Made by a program: the position numbers and the translations under genes
Part shown: positions 63,519 to 64,000 of the stretch, one piece after another
How positions within the stretch are numbered: the first letter of the stretch is position 1
Layout of the letters: every line of letters begins with the position of its first letter
Origin: Octopus bimaculoides
Taxonomy: Eukaryota
Assembly: GCF_001194135.2 (NCBI RefSeq)
Contig: NC_068987.1
Location: forward strand, 49,029,405 to 49,093,404
DNA length: 64,000 nucleotides
Reading direction: 5' to 3'
Notes under the pieces: model-generated
The model's input: the letters and a program-made list of their open reading frames with translations, nothing else
The model's database searches: none
Told to the model about the DNA's origin: nothing

Positions 63519-63948
63519 TGTTTAGGACTAAGCAAACTTTAGGTTAGTTAAAATATGCCTGTGATATATTTTAATGGCTAAAGGCAAATTCACTGTAGTT
63601 TCAATAGAAAAAAATTCTCTCTTATGGTAAAAAAAAAATGTAAAATCGCCATATCCTCAGTCGGATTACCAGAAATCAATGTTTCTAGCTCTTTCGCCAT
63701 TATCAATGAGAATAACTGTGGAGATGCAACTCTGGACTGATTTAATCTGTTGTGGCTTTAACTAAAATACAGTCAACAACATTGACTGATTTACACCAGT
63801 AGAGCACCAATGTCATGAAAATTACAGTAATATTGGTGTGAAGCAGCGTTTAGGCATAAGCGAACTTTAGTTTAGTTAAAATATGTTTGTGACATATTTT
63901 AACTGCTGAAGGCAAATTTACTGTAGTTACCACGGAGAAAAAAATTCT
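63519..63948. repeat. ~100-bp direct repeat pair (63519-63618, 63848-63948)
   Basis: gtttagg..taagc.aactttag.ttagttaaaatatg..tgtga.atattttaa...aaggcaaatt.actgtagtt, about 75-80% identity. Confidence 0.8.
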
Positions 63949-63954
63949 TATATA

Positions 63955-64000
63955 CAGGGTGCGTAAGATATTTGAGGACAGATTTATGTTTATAAAAAAC
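63955..64000 (+). mobile_element. Possible start of a Tc1/mariner TIR
   Basis: TA|CAGGGTG at the window edge, the same start as the TIR at 8050. Confidence 0.3.

Noticed and set aside
63625-63662. Minus-strand CTGAGGA with tatgg/ccata stem
   Set aside because: No GAAA after the stem and no helix I.

Overview
Repeat-saturated, AT-rich animal genomic DNA with about 3.3 kb of N in eight assembly gaps. The repeat complement (tRNA/CORE-type SINEs, RTE LINEs with (GAT)n tails, dense AT/GT/ATAC microsatellites) best fits an octopus or other coleoid scaffold; this is inferred from recalled family features, not from a search. I found no supportable host gene, rRNA, true tRNA or CRISPR array, and most ORF-track entries are microsatellite or N-gap artefacts. 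The recognisable coding remnants are all transposon-derived. There are at least seven RTE LINE pieces from two families, four R4/Dong-like RLE LINE fragments, three Penelope-like (GIY-YIG) fragments and one Gypsy gag-pro remnant with a PBS. The Tc1/mariner relics comprise a DD37D element, a DD36E element, two mariners and a MITE. The most interesting signal is RNA structure. A complete minimal type I hammerhead ribozyme lies 3' of a Penelope-like GIY-YIG (43762-43851). A second hammerhead sits inside the loop of a ~100-bp-arm foldback (9510-9554, minus strand), and two decayed hammerhead-like remnants also occur, one at the arm boundary of another foldback. At least six long foldback hairpins are present, two of which share their termini but not their arms. 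All identities were estimated by eye, and boundaries of degraded elements are approximate.
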